Shown here: piece by piece, positions 54,748-64,000 of the stretch | Layout: every line of letters begins with the position of its first letter | How positions within the stretch are numbered: the first letter of the stretch is position 1 | Assembly (NCBI GenBank): GCA_018812625.1 | Contig: JAHJDH010000025.1 | Location: forward strand, 13,726-77,725 | Direction of reading: 5' to 3' | Source of the DNA: Candidatus Micrarchaeota archaeon | Lineage (GTDB): Archaea; Micrarchaeota; Micrarchaeia; Anstonellales; Bilamarchaeaceae | DNA length: 64,000 bases | Translations under genes and position numbers: made by a program | Notes under the pieces: generated by a model | Told to the model about the DNA's origin: nothing | The model's database searches: none | The model's input: the letters and a program-made list of their open reading frames with translations, nothing else

Positions 54748-55841
54748 CTTGTGATTTCCTCTATTCTTTTTTCTTTCTCTGCTTGTTTTACTTCTTTTGC
54801 AATTCTTCTACCAAAGCTCATACTCTCTCTATATAAGTATTCAGAATATGGAGTAAATCTGGTCCCAGGGGATCCTGGCATTCTAAGAGAAACATCAAAA
54901 CAAACGAATTTTTCCCCTTCTTCTTCAACAAATGCTCCTTGAAGAGCAAACGGTCCAACAAGCCCGTGTTTGTATTCTTTTTGAACTGCCCGTGCAAAAT
55001 TATCTCCAAGCTCAAAGACCTGCTCAAGCAGAGATTCTCTGAGTGTACATGCAATGTGCCCTACTTCGATTGTTGATGGCTGTGCCATTTTCAAAAGCTC
55101 TAGCTGTACATCTGCTGGCATTCTCAGGTATCCGTCAATGTTTGTCTGCCTTCGCGTATCAATTCCGAGAAGTTCCACTTCATCAAGAAGCGGGGAATAG
55201 AAGAAATTCAGATTAAAATGAGCTCCAACAATGTATTCTTCAATTGTTGCTTTTTTCAAATCCTCCTCAGTAATCTTCCCCATCATGAGCATATATTTAC
55301 TTTTTTCTTTATAGTCCTCATAATCTCGAGCAAGGAAGAATGCTCTCTCATAGCTTCTCTTGGCCTCACTCACCTTCACAATACAAAGTCGATCTATCTT
55401 ATCTGGAGAATCGAACTTCTTTGGAGATCTCACACCTGCTTTTTCCATGAGGTGGTACTGGTTCTTTTTTGCATCCCGCTCCTCTGCTCTAAGCAGGTAC
55501 TTATTTCCAAAAACAGGAACATTAAACTCATTTTCAATAGCATCATATCCAACATATACTGCAAATGATCTATTTGGAACAAAAATTGAATTTCTTTCTT
55601 TGAGGTAGTCTTGCCTTTCAATAATTTCATTGAATTTATTCAAAAGAAGCAGCTCATCAACAACTCCAACTTCAGTGTCTCCTCTCATTCTGGTTTTATA
55701 TGGTCCGAGGTATGTCTTTTCCCTGCCTTTTTGGGCAACTACGACAGTATCAAATCCTTCGGCTTTAGCTCCTTCGCACACATCAAGAGCAGAATGGCTT
55801 CCTAAGGTAGCAATAGTATGAGTCATATGCTGATTTTGCAA
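54744..55841 (-). CDS. purP: 5-formaminoimidazole-4-carboxamide ribonucleotide synthetase PurP (formate-dependent, archaeal)
   Basis: N-terminal 'IATLGSHSALDV' + ATP-grasp body. About 360 aa. Pattern of archaeal PurP. Confidence 0.75.
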   Translation of the reverse strand: MQNQHMTHTIATLGSHSALDVCEGAKAEGFDTVVVAQKGREKTYLGPYKTRMRGDTEVGVVDELLLLNKFNEIIERQDYLKERNSIFVPNRSFAVYVGYDAIENEFNVPVFGNKYLLRAEERDAKKNQYHLMEKAGVRSPKKFDSPDKIDRLCIVKVSEAKRSYERAFFLARDYEDYKEKSKYMLMMGKITEEDLKKATIEEYIVGAHFNLNFFYSPLLDEVELLGIDTRRQTNIDGYLRMPADVQLELLKMAQPSTIEVGHIACTLRESLLEQVFELGDNFARAVQKEYKHGLVGPFALQGAFVEEEGEKFVCFDVSLRMPGSPGTRFTPYSEYLYRESMSFGRRIAKEVKQAEKEKRIEEITS

Positions 55842-55903
55842 TCCACATTTTAAAAACCACGCCGGTTATGAATGTTTATATACATTCATGGAGACAAGAT
55901 TTT

Positions 55904-56719
55904 ATGAAAAAGTTGCTCATCCTTCTTTTACTGCTTACTATCTCGAATGCCGAGTTTGTCATCGAACGGGTAGATGTAACTATTAGTGATATTGGTCCTG
56001 ATGGAGGCGCAAAAGTTCATGAGAACATTAAAATGATAACCTATGGAGACCATTCCAATTCTGTTTATGATAGTGGAATTACAAACAACAGACTTTCTTT
56101 TTGGTCTAATAGTACTGGATTAAAGGATGTTAAGATACACGTGAATCCTGCACTTGTTGATATACGTGATTTCAGATTGCGCCCTCAGCCAAGATCCAAA
56201 TGCAATCCGATTCAGGGAATTTGCCATGGAGAGCTTATCCTTGACTATTGGGCATATCCTGCATTTGAAAATGAAACTGCTATCTATGGAACCGGTCTGT
56301 TTGAAGTTGATCAATACAAACCAAGAACTAGAAGATATACTATCAATCCAGCTGCTCTTGCATTTACAAAAACTCCTGAAGATAACATAGTTCTTGAGAA
56401 GCAGGTTTATCTTATCGTGGAGCTTCCAACTGATAGTGTCACTTTGGATGTCAATCCTCTTCCGGAAGAAGAAGAGCTTGATCTTCCAACTCACATAAAC
56501 CAGTTGTCCTGGAACGACGTGGTTTTAGTCAAACTGTCTCTTATATTTGATGTTGAGGGAAGCATTGACGAGGAAGTAACCGATTTCTTTAGCAATATTG
56601 CAAAAGGAATAAGTGATACGCTATCAAGTCCGCATGGGCTTCCGTTAATCGGTCTTTTAGTCTTGGTAGTCGGATCATACCTGTATATTATAATGGCAAA
56701 GCGAAGAGGCGAGGAATAA
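55904..56719 (+). CDS. secreted surface protein with signal peptide and C-terminal TM anchor
   Basis: 'MKKLLILLLLLTISNA' signal. C-terminal 'LPLIGLLVLVVGSYLYIIMAKRRGEE' anchor. Its stop overlaps the pheS start. Confidence 0.5.
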   Translation: MKKLLILLLLLTISNAEFVIERVDVTISDIGPDGGAKVHENIKMITYGDHSNSVYDSGITNNRLSFWSNSTGLKDVKIHVNPALVDIRDFRLRPQPRSKCNPIQGICHGELILDYWAYPAFENETAIYGTGLFEVDQYKPRTRRYTINPAALAFTKTPEDNIVLEKQVYLIVELPTDSVTLDVNPLPEEEELDLPTHINQLSWNDVVLVKLSLIFDVEGSIDEEVTDFFSNIAKGISDTLSSPHGLPLIGLLVLVVGSYLYIIMAKRRGEE

Positions 56720-58065
56720 TGTATAAAGGAGAAGACAAAGTCGTAGAACTACTTTCAAAAAACAAGAAAATGTCTGTCAAAGAGATATCTGAGCAAACTG
56801 GAATGAACGAAGATAGTGTGAGGAGGATCATCGAATCACTCAAATCTCTTGGTTCAGTTGAAACCGAACTTCATGAATCAATTACTGCCATTCCAAATAA
56901 GGAATTTGAAGAATATCATACTGGTGGGTTTCCAGAACTTTCTGTTTTCAAAAAAGCACTTAACAAACTACAGGTAAAGGATCTTTCTTCAGATGAGCGT
57001 TCAATTGGACTTAGGTGGGCAAAGGTAAAGGGTTTTGTTCAAATAGAAGAAGGCAAACTTATTCCTTCAAAATCTGAAGAAGATGTTTCTGCATCAATGC
57101 AAAAACTAAAGGTGGTGTATGAAGATCTTAAACAGTCTGGAACAACAACAGATGTAGTTGCTCTGGACGAATTATATAAAAGACATCTTCTTGAGAAAAA
57201 AACCGAAAAAACTATCCATGTCAAATTCATTGGCGTAAAGTCATCAAGTTCTGGCTTCAATGTTAATGTTCCTTCTGCAGATGCTCCTATTGGAAAAAGT
57301 CATCCAATTACCAAAATGTCACACAAAATAAAATCCATTATGGCTGAGCTTGGTTTTCAGGAAATGGAGGGAAGCATTCTTGAGAGTTCTTTCTGGAACT
57401 TTGATGCGCTCTTCCAGCCACAAGATCATCCAGCTCGGGAACTTGCAGATACATTTTATCTTAATCATAAAAGTCCACTCCCAAATAAAGAGCTAGTTTC
57501 GAGGATAAAGAAAGCTCACGAAGAAGGCTGGAAATACAAGTGGGATCCTAAAGAAGCAGAAAAATCTGTACTTAGAACCCATACAACTTGCTTATCTGCA
57601 AGGAACCTTGCTGCTCTAAAAGATAAGAAACCAAAGAAGTTTTTTGCAATCGGGAAAGTTTTCCGAAACGAAGCAACTGATTACAGCCATCTTGCAGAGT
57701 TCCATCAGGTCGAGGGAATTATTGCATGGGAAAATGCCAAATTCACTGATCTTCTAGGAATTCTCAAGGAATTTTATCGTAAACTTGGATTTGAAAAAAT
57801 CAGATTCAGGCCAAGTTTCTTCCCTTATACAGAACCTAGTTTAGAAATTGAAGTTTACTTTGAAGAGAAAAAGCAATGGTTAGAGCTTGGTGGAGCAGGA
57901 ATCTTCCGTCCAGAGGTCAGTATTCCACTTGCTGGGGTTTATCCTGTTCTTGCATGGGGTCTCAGTCTTGAGCGTCCTCTGATGCTCGCTCTTGAGCTTG
58001 ATGACATTAGGACATTCTATAAAAATGATGCGGACTTTCTTATATCCGCAAGGTTGGATGTATGA
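56719..58065 (+). CDS. pheS: phenylalanyl-tRNA synthetase alpha subunit (archaeal, N-terminal winged-helix)
   Basis: Class II motifs 'FQPQDHPARE', 'LRTHTT' and 'FRNEATDYSHLAEFHQVEG'. C-terminal 'GAGIFRPEV'. Confidence 0.85.
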   Translation: MYKGEDKVVELLSKNKKMSVKEISEQTGMNEDSVRRIIESLKSLGSVETELHESITAIPNKEFEEYHTGGFPELSVFKKALNKLQVKDLSSDERSIGLRWAKVKGFVQIEEGKLIPSKSEEDVSASMQKLKVVYEDLKQSGTTTDVVALDELYKRHLLEKKTEKTIHVKFIGVKSSSSGFNVNVPSADAPIGKSHPITKMSHKIKSIMAELGFQEMEGSILESSFWNFDALFQPQDHPARELADTFYLNHKSPLPNKELVSRIKKAHEEGWKYKWDPKEAEKSVLRTHTTCLSARNLAALKDKKPKKFFAIGKVFRNEATDYSHLAEFHQVEGIIAWENAKFTDLLGILKEFYRKLGFEKIRFRPSFFPYTEPSLEIEVYFEEKKQWLELGGAGIFRPEVSIPLAGVYPVLAWGLSLERPLMLALELDDIRTFYKNDADFLISARLDV

Positions 58066-59984
58066 AGCTAAAAACTATTATAATCGGACTTGTAGTAATC
58101 CTGGCTTTGGTATTCCTTGGCCTAGTCGGTACTCTTGCAGTACTATTTCTATCTGATGTTGAAATAAGTCCGGTTGCAGAACAGTCTCCAGCTGCATTTG
58201 AGGTAACAGAAGTTGGAACTGCAGCTGATAATGCATATGCAGTATTTGATTTTCGTGGAAACGGAAATATCACTGCACTTGCATATGAGAAAAAACCAAC
58301 TAAAAAAATAGTTGTGATAAACGACAGCAGGTCCATTGATGCAACTTCACTTCCAACTCTTATTGATGATCTTCGGGAACTTGAGAAATATGGATATTCT
58401 CTAACAATTACTGATGAAACTTCAATCGGAGAAGGCATTTACATTATTCCAACCGGTGCAATCCCTTCATACGCATTATTCAATTTAGAGCTTGGAACCT
58501 CAAACGGAACTATCATTTACATTGGTGAAAAAGATCTCCTTTTGAGCAAGGGCATCAAGCGCCAAAACTGGCATGAATCATTAACTGAGGAGAAGAAAGC
58601 TCGTCTTATCCAATATGATGGGACTCTTGATGATTTTATTGCCGCAGATAATGTTTCATTACCTGAAATGATTCTCTATCAGCAGTGGGCTTTGGAATCC
58701 AATTCTACAATGAATGTAGCTGATGCTGGAGTAACTACCATTACCGTACCTATGGAAAATGCAACTTACCTGCGTATTATCTATGAACTTGATGGCGAAC
58801 TATATGGGATCGTTGATTCTGGTTCGCTAGAATTCACTTCTCAGAATCTTTATCCTGATCCGCCATCTTCTTTTATGTGGCATGCGTCAACTCTTGAATT
58901 TGACCTCAACAAGACAATCGGAACTGCAACAATGTCCATCAAAAAAGATGGCAAAGTAATTGAAAAAGAATTCCTGCGCAGAGTAACTGACGATAATGTC
59001 TTTATCAAGAAAATGAAATATGATGAGCCTGGAGATTATATTATTTCAGTTGAAGACAATGATGCTGAAATTGCAAGCGGGATTCTGCACATCAAAGATC
59101 TTCAAATAGATCTTGTTTCAAGGCAAGGGGTCTCTTATGTGTTTGATATTTACATTGATGGGGCTCCTGTAAAGGACACAGAAGTATATGTTAGTCTTGG
59201 AGATTCGGAAAAACAAAAATTCTATGTTAGTGGTGGGCAGCTATCTGTTATTGCAAAGCTGGATAAGGGGGAAAATGTCTTCCATATTGAGCTTTTGGGT
59301 TCTGACATTCCATATCATTACAACAATGATCAGCAGGGATTCTTTGACATTTACCTGACATATGGTCTTCCTGGCCTTGTGATCATTCTTGTTGTTTATT
59401 TTGGAGCAAGGTTTACCAGAAAACCCAAATACAGTCTGCGTTTTGGGGACAGTGCAACTGCAATACGACAGGAGATCAATGTTCCTCTCAGCCGTACTGT
59501 TGAGAGTTTCAAAAAAATAAGAGCAGACATGCGTCTTGGCCACTCTCCTCTTACTCCTCATGAATTTTCAATGTCACTCAAACGCTACCTTACAAACGGT
59601 GCAGATGTTACTGAAGGAAATGTGGAAGAGATTCTCAAGAAATTAGTGACTACTGGTACTCTTGAGAGCCATCGGGATTATTACCAACTCAAAGGAGAAG
59701 GAAATGTCAAGCGCAATACCCTGCGAAGAATGGCGCGAGAAAAACTTATTGAAAGCGGTACAATGTTTACTGATGATGGGGAGAAGTTTATCACAAAAGA
59801 CTTTGAAATTGGATTCTTTGGTCAGAAGTTTAGCAAAAAGGGAATAGTTATTGTCGATGATTCTTCAGAAATTAAGGAGATTTTATCTGGGTTGAGTAGC
59901 CTTGAGAATTCCAGAATCAAAATCCTGCAGGCCAATAACATGCTAACATTTATTCCAATTGATAAGCTCAGCGATGTCCTATGA
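58062..59984 (+). CDS. large hypothetical membrane protein (N-terminal TM, about 400-aa ectodomain, second TM, about 190-aa cytoplasmic tail)
   Basis: 4-nt overlaps with pheS (ATGA) and with the next gene. TM helices at about aa 5-30 and 440-460. Confidence 0.45.
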   Translation: MKLKTIIIGLVVILALVFLGLVGTLAVLFLSDVEISPVAEQSPAAFEVTEVGTAADNAYAVFDFRGNGNITALAYEKKPTKKIVVINDSRSIDATSLPTLIDDLRELEKYGYSLTITDETSIGEGIYIIPTGAIPSYALFNLELGTSNGTIIYIGEKDLLLSKGIKRQNWHESLTEEKKARLIQYDGTLDDFIAADNVSLPEMILYQQWALESNSTMNVADAGVTTITVPMENATYLRIIYELDGELYGIVDSGSLEFTSQNLYPDPPSSFMWHASTLEFDLNKTIGTATMSIKKDGKVIEKEFLRRVTDDNVFIKKMKYDEPGDYIISVEDNDAEIASGILHIKDLQIDLVSRQGVSYVFDIYIDGAPVKDTEVYVSLGDSEKQKFYVSGGQLSVIAKLDKGENVFHIELLGSDIPYHYNNDQQGFFDIYLTYGLPGLVIILVVYFGARFTRKPKYSLRFGDSATAIRQEINVPLSRTVESFKKIRADMRLGHSPLTPHEFSMSLKRYLTNGADVTEGNVEEILKKLVTTGTLESHRDYYQLKGEGNVKRNTLRRMAREKLIESGTMFTDDGEKFITKDFEIGFFGQKFSKKGIVIVDDSSEIKEILSGLSSLENSRIKILQANNMLTFIPIDKLSDVL

Positions 59985-61234
59985 GGCTTATATTCCTTCT
60001 TATTCTCTGTTCGCTTGCATTTGCTCAGCCGCAGGTAGGAAATATCATGGACAATAATACTGATACTGCAGCTGCTTTCGAAGGATTATACAACGAATCA
60101 ATTGCAAAAAATTCTTCATTCCTTGTTACCTTTGGCAATTCTTCTAGTAGGAACGTATCTGTTTCCTCCAGCATTGAAATTGTTGGCATGAATCTTCTGC
60201 TTGACAATATGACCTATCCACTTGCTGATCTTGCAGTTATTACTGCTCGAGGATATGATGCCGGAGGGCTTCGTGCAAAGCCGGCAGAGGGTTATCTTGA
60301 CTTTGACTGTACTTATGAATGGCTTATGGGAGGAGCGCAGTATGCATGGCGCTGTGATTTTGATCTTGATAGCTGTGCCGAAATTGTCAACCGTTCTTCT
60401 GTTGATTATGATATGAATGTTACTTTTATCTTCAAGGATACCAATGAGTCAGTTTCTTTTTCTTCAAATATTATTGAAGTTCCTCTTTCAGTTCGAGATG
60501 CAATGCGAAACTCTTCTGGTATGGATTATCTTAATGTCTCTATTGATGGTGACGTTCTATTTAATTATGAATTCGATGACCGAAGCGGATTTGATTGTGG
60601 TGGCAGTACCTATTTCAATGAAACAGCCAATATCTCTTATTCTCTCAACCAATCATTTCTGGTTGCAGGAGAACATAAACTTTTTTTCCTCAGGTCCCCC
60701 ATTCTCCATGAGCAGTGGTTTCGAAACAATCAGTTCAATGTTGTCGTCTTGTCCCAAAGTCCAATTTACCTTTCAAATACTTCCATGAACGGAAACCAGA
60801 CCAAAAGCAGAACCCTTCGCGAGTTTAACACAACTACTGACAGATTTGGAATTGTGAATATTGTCTCAAACCTTACCAATGCAACCGATTGGTCAGAGAG
60901 CAGGAACATATCAACTCCTCTTCCTCTTGAAGCATACAATCATTCATTTTCATTTATCTACGAGTTCAATCATACCTACCAAGGGCTTGGCGAAAATAAT
61001 TTGACTCTTTTTGTTGCTGATAGTTTTCTTGGAGAATCTAGTTATGAAACAACTATCCTGAGCAGAATGCTTTCCTATGATGGAAACAAGACACAAAGCG
61101 GGGTATATGATCCGGCAGTAACCCGTCCAAGTGTTGAATTTAATAAAGGAGAATTATCGCATCTTGAAATAGGGCTTGGATTTTTAGCAGTGCTTCTGCT
61201 TCTGACATTTATAAATTTCTGGATAACAAGATAA
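59981..61234 (+). CDS. secreted, N-glycosylation-sequon-rich surface protein with C-terminal TM anchor
   Basis: Signal 'LILCSLAFAQP'. More than 25 N-x-S/T sequons. C-terminal 'IGLGFLAVLLLLTFINFWITR'. Confidence 0.5.
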   Translation: MRLIFLLILCSLAFAQPQVGNIMDNNTDTAAAFEGLYNESIAKNSSFLVTFGNSSSRNVSVSSSIEIVGMNLLLDNMTYPLADLAVITARGYDAGGLRAKPAEGYLDFDCTYEWLMGGAQYAWRCDFDLDSCAEIVNRSSVDYDMNVTFIFKDTNESVSFSSNIIEVPLSVRDAMRNSSGMDYLNVSIDGDVLFNYEFDDRSGFDCGGSTYFNETANISYSLNQSFLVAGEHKLFFLRSPILHEQWFRNNQFNVVVLSQSPIYLSNTSMNGNQTKSRTLREFNTTTDRFGIVNIVSNLTNATDWSESRNISTPLPLEAYNHSFSFIYEFNHTYQGLGENNLTLFVADSFLGESSYETTILSRMLSYDGNKTQSGVYDPAVTRPSVEFNKGELSHLEIGLGFLAVLLLLTFINFWITR

Positions 61235-61359
61235 TTATTCTAGAGGTCCTCTGGCAAGAACTATACCTGGGATCTCTGGAGTTTCAGTTGGCCTTTCTGG
61301 CAATTCTTTTTCTTCCATGTTACTTACTCTCATTCCACGCTTAAAAATGTGCGTGGTTT

Positions 61360-62133
61360 TTACTGAAGTTCATACGTTAATCCACATTTTTCCACAAGTT
61401 CAATTATCTTTTTTTTCTGCGAGCTGTTGGTCTCTTTTTTCAGTATAATTACCTTCTCAATTTTTTCAACGTTTTTTTCTACTGCCTGCCTGAATACTGG
61501 CTCATCCAGCTCATCAATAGCATATTTGGGAGCAATATGGCCAACTGCCAGCTCTGTTTCAAGAAGCAATTTTGTAAACTCTCTGGAGTAGTGTCCTCCT
61601 CCAATTCCAAGCACACTTTCGAATTTTTCATCTTTTTTCAAAAATTCAGATACTGCTTTTGCAACGACTTCTGCTGCTTTCTCGTTTTTCCATTCTTCTT
61701 CAGTGCTTCCAATTTCAACAAACATTATAGGAACGCTGCAGGTAGGTCCATGATGATCTGCCTCAATGAATAGTGGCCAGTCTAAATCCAAATTAGCTTT
61801 TTTCAGCTCTATAACTAGCAATTTCAATTTGCTTCCATATGCAACATTCAGTGTTTTTGGACTTCCTCCAAATTTTGCATCCTTCCAGTTTCCTGGAAAA
61901 TGCGCTGTTATCATTTTTCCTCCGGCTTTGCTCTTATGCGTACTCAAAACAAGGATAAGATCAGTATCAAAATCAGTCGGAACATCGAGAACAGTTTCTG
62001 CATTTGTTTCAATCAGTTCTATTTCTCCACATTTCCATTTGCCATCTTCCGTTTCAACAAATCCGTGATTTTGAATAAGTTTTTCAGCAATGTTCTTGCT
62101 TGCTACATTATTTGATGTAAATAAGATTATCAT
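61360..62133 (-). CDS. dtdA: D-aminoacyl-tRNA deacylase, archaeal DtdA type
   Basis: 'FIEADHHGP' and an overall length of about 255 aa match DtdA. I chose the start at MIILF (62133), which gives a 4-nt overlap with the upstream gene. Confidence 0.6.
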   Translation of the reverse strand: MIILFTSNNVASKNIAEKLIQNHGFVETEDGKWKCGEIELIETNAETVLDVPTDFDTDLILVLSTHKSKAGGKMITAHFPGNWKDAKFGGSPKTLNVAYGSKLKLLVIELKKANLDLDWPLFIEADHHGPTCSVPIMFVEIGSTEEEWKNEKAAEVVAKAVSEFLKKDEKFESVLGIGGGHYSREFTKLLLETELAVGHIAPKYAIDELDEPVFRQAVEKNVEKIEKVIILKKETNSSQKKKIIELVEKCGLTYELQ

Positions 62134-62693
62134 GCGCTCACCAGGAAAAATATCGTACATACTACTGGCACTGTTAGGTTATCATCAAGCCTAAGCGGAA
62201 GACTTTCAGCTATTGCCGCGATTATAGCCAGTGGTACTATCGCCTCTCCAATAAAGAAATATGCCGGGAGCGATGCTATGAAAAACGCTACAGTTCCTTC
62301 AACTGTTTTTTCTTTGTTGTATGGGATTTTATGTTTTCCACTCATCCCAATTATTGTTGATGCTCCATCTCCTATTGCCAGTATGAAAATAACTACTGCA
62401 ATCTCATTTGGGCTGTGGAGAAATGCAAGCGGAATCAGCACGCCAATTGCATAACACGCCGAGCCAAAACCTCCAAGATCTATGTTTTTTCTTTCAAATC
62501 TCCTGATGAACCATTCTACAAGTCCTATTTTTGCCCCAAGAGCCCGGATGTTTATGATGAGCATTCCAATTATCACAACAAAGAAAACTGCTGCAATCAT
62601 GAATTCTCGTCCTATGTAGAGCAGCAGCAGAATAGCTACTATTCCAACCAGAAAATGCATGAGCTGCCTTTCAATTTCTTCCTTCATCATCAA
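62130..62693 (-). CDS. CTP-dependent polyprenol (dolichol) kinase-like membrane protein (SEC59/DUF92 family)
   Basis: Polytopic. 'LAIGDGASTIIGMSGKHKIPYNKEKTVEGTVAFF' resembles the CTP-transferase 'GD..A...G...G...K(S/T)xEG' motif. Confidence 0.45.
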   Translation of the reverse strand: MMMKEEIERQLMHFLVGIVAILLLLYIGREFMIAAVFFVVIIGMLIINIRALGAKIGLVEWFIRRFERKNIDLGGFGSACYAIGVLIPLAFLHSPNEIAVVIFILAIGDGASTIIGMSGKHKIPYNKEKTVEGTVAFFIASLPAYFFIGEAIVPLAIIAAIAESLPLRLDDNLTVPVVCTIFFLVSA

Positions 62694-63141
62694 TCACAAT
62701 CAATGTTATGTAGTATGAGATAAGCGCAACTGGGAGCGCTGCTGCAATGTCCCAAAACAAATGCACTCCAAGATTAATTCTTGTAAATGACACAAACAAG
62801 GCAAATAAAAGGTAGGCTGGAAATATCTTTTTCCGAATAAAAGCCGTCATAAGGGTAAATGCTGCAACTGCATGAGTGCTTGGAAATGAGTAGCTCTCAG
62901 GGCACCAATCCTCTCCAATACACGGCCTGTCAAATGCCATTGATTCTTTTATCACAAGGCCCGCAATTACTGCAATCACAATGGCCAGGATAATCTTTCC
63001 CCTCTTTTTTCCTTCCTTTTCACCTATGATAACCAGTACAAAAAGGAGTATTCCATAAACTATACTGTCGTTTAGGAACATTCCAATCGTTTTTATCAGT
63101 TCAATATCAACTGATTGTACAAACTCGGTTATCGAGGCCAT
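62671..63141 (-). CDS. PAP2-family lipid phosphatase (dolichyl/undecaprenyl pyrophosphate phosphatase-like)
   Basis: PAP2 motifs 'KxxxxxxRP-like', 'SFPSTHA' and 'RINLGVHLFWDI' (SR-x5-H-x3-D). Confidence 0.75.
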   Translation of the reverse strand: MASITEFVQSVDIELIKTIGMFLNDSIVYGILLFVLVIIGEKEGKKRGKIILAIVIAVIAGLVIKESMAFDRPCIGEDWCPESYSFPSTHAVAAFTLMTAFIRKKIFPAYLLFALFVSFTRINLGVHLFWDIAAALPVALISYYITLIVIDDEGRN

Positions 63142-63254
63142 TAGTTCTTCCTTCTATTCATAAACTTATAAAATAGTGACCTCTGTGATCGTCTAATTCA
63201 AGAAGCAAAAACAGAAAAAATTAATTATTCTCTTAATCTGTTCTAGTAGCAGTT

Positions 63255-63635
63255 TTAGTCCTTCTTTATTGCCTTTATCAGATCTTTATCGAAAGAAAGA
63301 GCATTTGTTTTGCTTTTTTTAGTAAGATAAACTACTGAAATGTCTGGATAACTTAGCTTATTTTTGGCCGATACAAACTTTTGCAAAATTAGTTCAAGTT
63401 CAGAATTGTTGAGATTACCAATAACAAAAGAACGATTCGATCTAATTTTTTCATACGCATCACTTTTTTCTCGGTTTCCGCCCTTGTAATTAATGACAGT
63501 AAGCGTTTCGTAGAGAATGATGTTGGATATGAAGATTTTATCGGTTGTTTTGGTAAATATCTCCTTTGCTTCAGAATGGTTTATGTCATTTGGTAAAAAT
63601 AAAGAAACTAAAAAAGAACTATCTGCCACTATCAT
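63255..63635 (-). CDS. vapC: PIN-domain toxin (VapC-like)
   Basis: 'MIVADSSFLVSLF' is an N-terminal PIN Asp-containing strand. Paired with the upstream antitoxin. Confidence 0.55.
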   Translation of the reverse strand: MIVADSSFLVSLFLPNDINHSEAKEIFTKTTDKIFISNIILYETLTVINYKGGNREKSDAYEKIRSNRSFVIGNLNNSELELILQKFVSAKNKLSYPDISVVYLTKKSKTNALSFDKDLIKAIKKD

Positions 63636-63641
63636 ATCTGC

Positions 63642-63875
63642 TCACCCATAAATTATTCTGTCTATATTTTCAGATATATTTTCTTTTGGTTTGTTTTTGT
63701 ATTTTTTCTCCAGAGTTTTAAGATAAGCTAATATGTCTTTTTTTGTTTCAGTTTTTTCGTTTTCTCCTTGATTTAACATTTCTCTAATAATCTCGCTGTA
63801 ACTAGCATTTTTCAGTTTTTTTAATCCAGACAGTTTTTCATAAACATCATCTGCCAAATTCACTAAATGACTCAT
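63642..63875 (-). CDS. vapB: VapB-like antitoxin (same family as 50105-50332)
   Basis: 'LADDVYEKLSGLKKLKNASYSEIIREML' is homologous to the other antitoxin's N-terminus. Confidence 0.55.
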   Translation of the reverse strand: MSHLVNLADDVYEKLSGLKKLKNASYSEIIREMLNQGENEKTETKKDILAYLKTLEKKYKNKPKENISENIDRIIYG

Positions 63876-64000
63876 GAATAGTATATATATGTATACATAT
63901 ATAAATGTTTTGTTAAACCTCTAAATTTGAAATGCTTTTGGGATCATATATCGACAAAATAGAACACTGCAAGGCTTGAGATGCTCAGCACAATAAGATA

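Overview
This 64 kb window reads as an AT-rich (about 37% GC) archaeal chromosome segment, gene-dense on both strands. I saw no rRNA, CRISPR array, transposase or integrase.

The archaeal assignment rests on several gene signatures:
- split transketolase, written as tktN and tktC
- aIF5B
- PCNA
- Rad50
- PurP
- archaeal DtdA
- separate PheRS alpha and beta genes
- ADP-forming acetyl-CoA synthetase
- an intron-containing tRNA

The rest is mostly housekeeping:
- a non-oxidative pentose-phosphate operon (rpe-tktN-tktC-tal-DUF35)
- a thiolase
- purF, purQ and purP
- trpS, pheT and pheS
- pckA, pyrG, ftsZ and nadK
- CorA, MscS and CaCA transporters
- a 1087-aa hybrid PAS histidine kinase
- two VapBC toxin-antitoxin pairs

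The most system-like accessory feature is a same-strand cluster at 21.9-25.9 kb. It holds an MsrP/YedY-like molybdoenzyme-domain lipoprotein that overlaps a tiny 2-TM protein carrying a cytochrome-b-like His-x13-His helix. Met/Cys-rich surface proteins and lipoproteins sit on either side. I read this as a candidate minimal extracytoplasmic methionine-sulfoxide repair / redox module.

Other notable items:
- a tRNA-Val(GAC) that reconstructs perfectly only if two non-canonical introns (D-loop and variable region) are removed
- a perfect 39-bp direct repeat that duplicates the 3' end of an HD-GYP-like gene and brackets an ACT+Lrp two-gene cassette
- an in-frame 39-bp tandem duplication inside that same HD gene
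- a pheS gene translationally coupled to three surface/membrane proteins
- a P-loop kinase fused to dCMP deaminase
- a kinase-fold protein with a substituted catalytic loop
- tandem pseudo-receiver paralogs
- a modular repeat surface protein with a C-terminal FN3 domain

All functional calls are motif-level inferences made from memory, without database searches.
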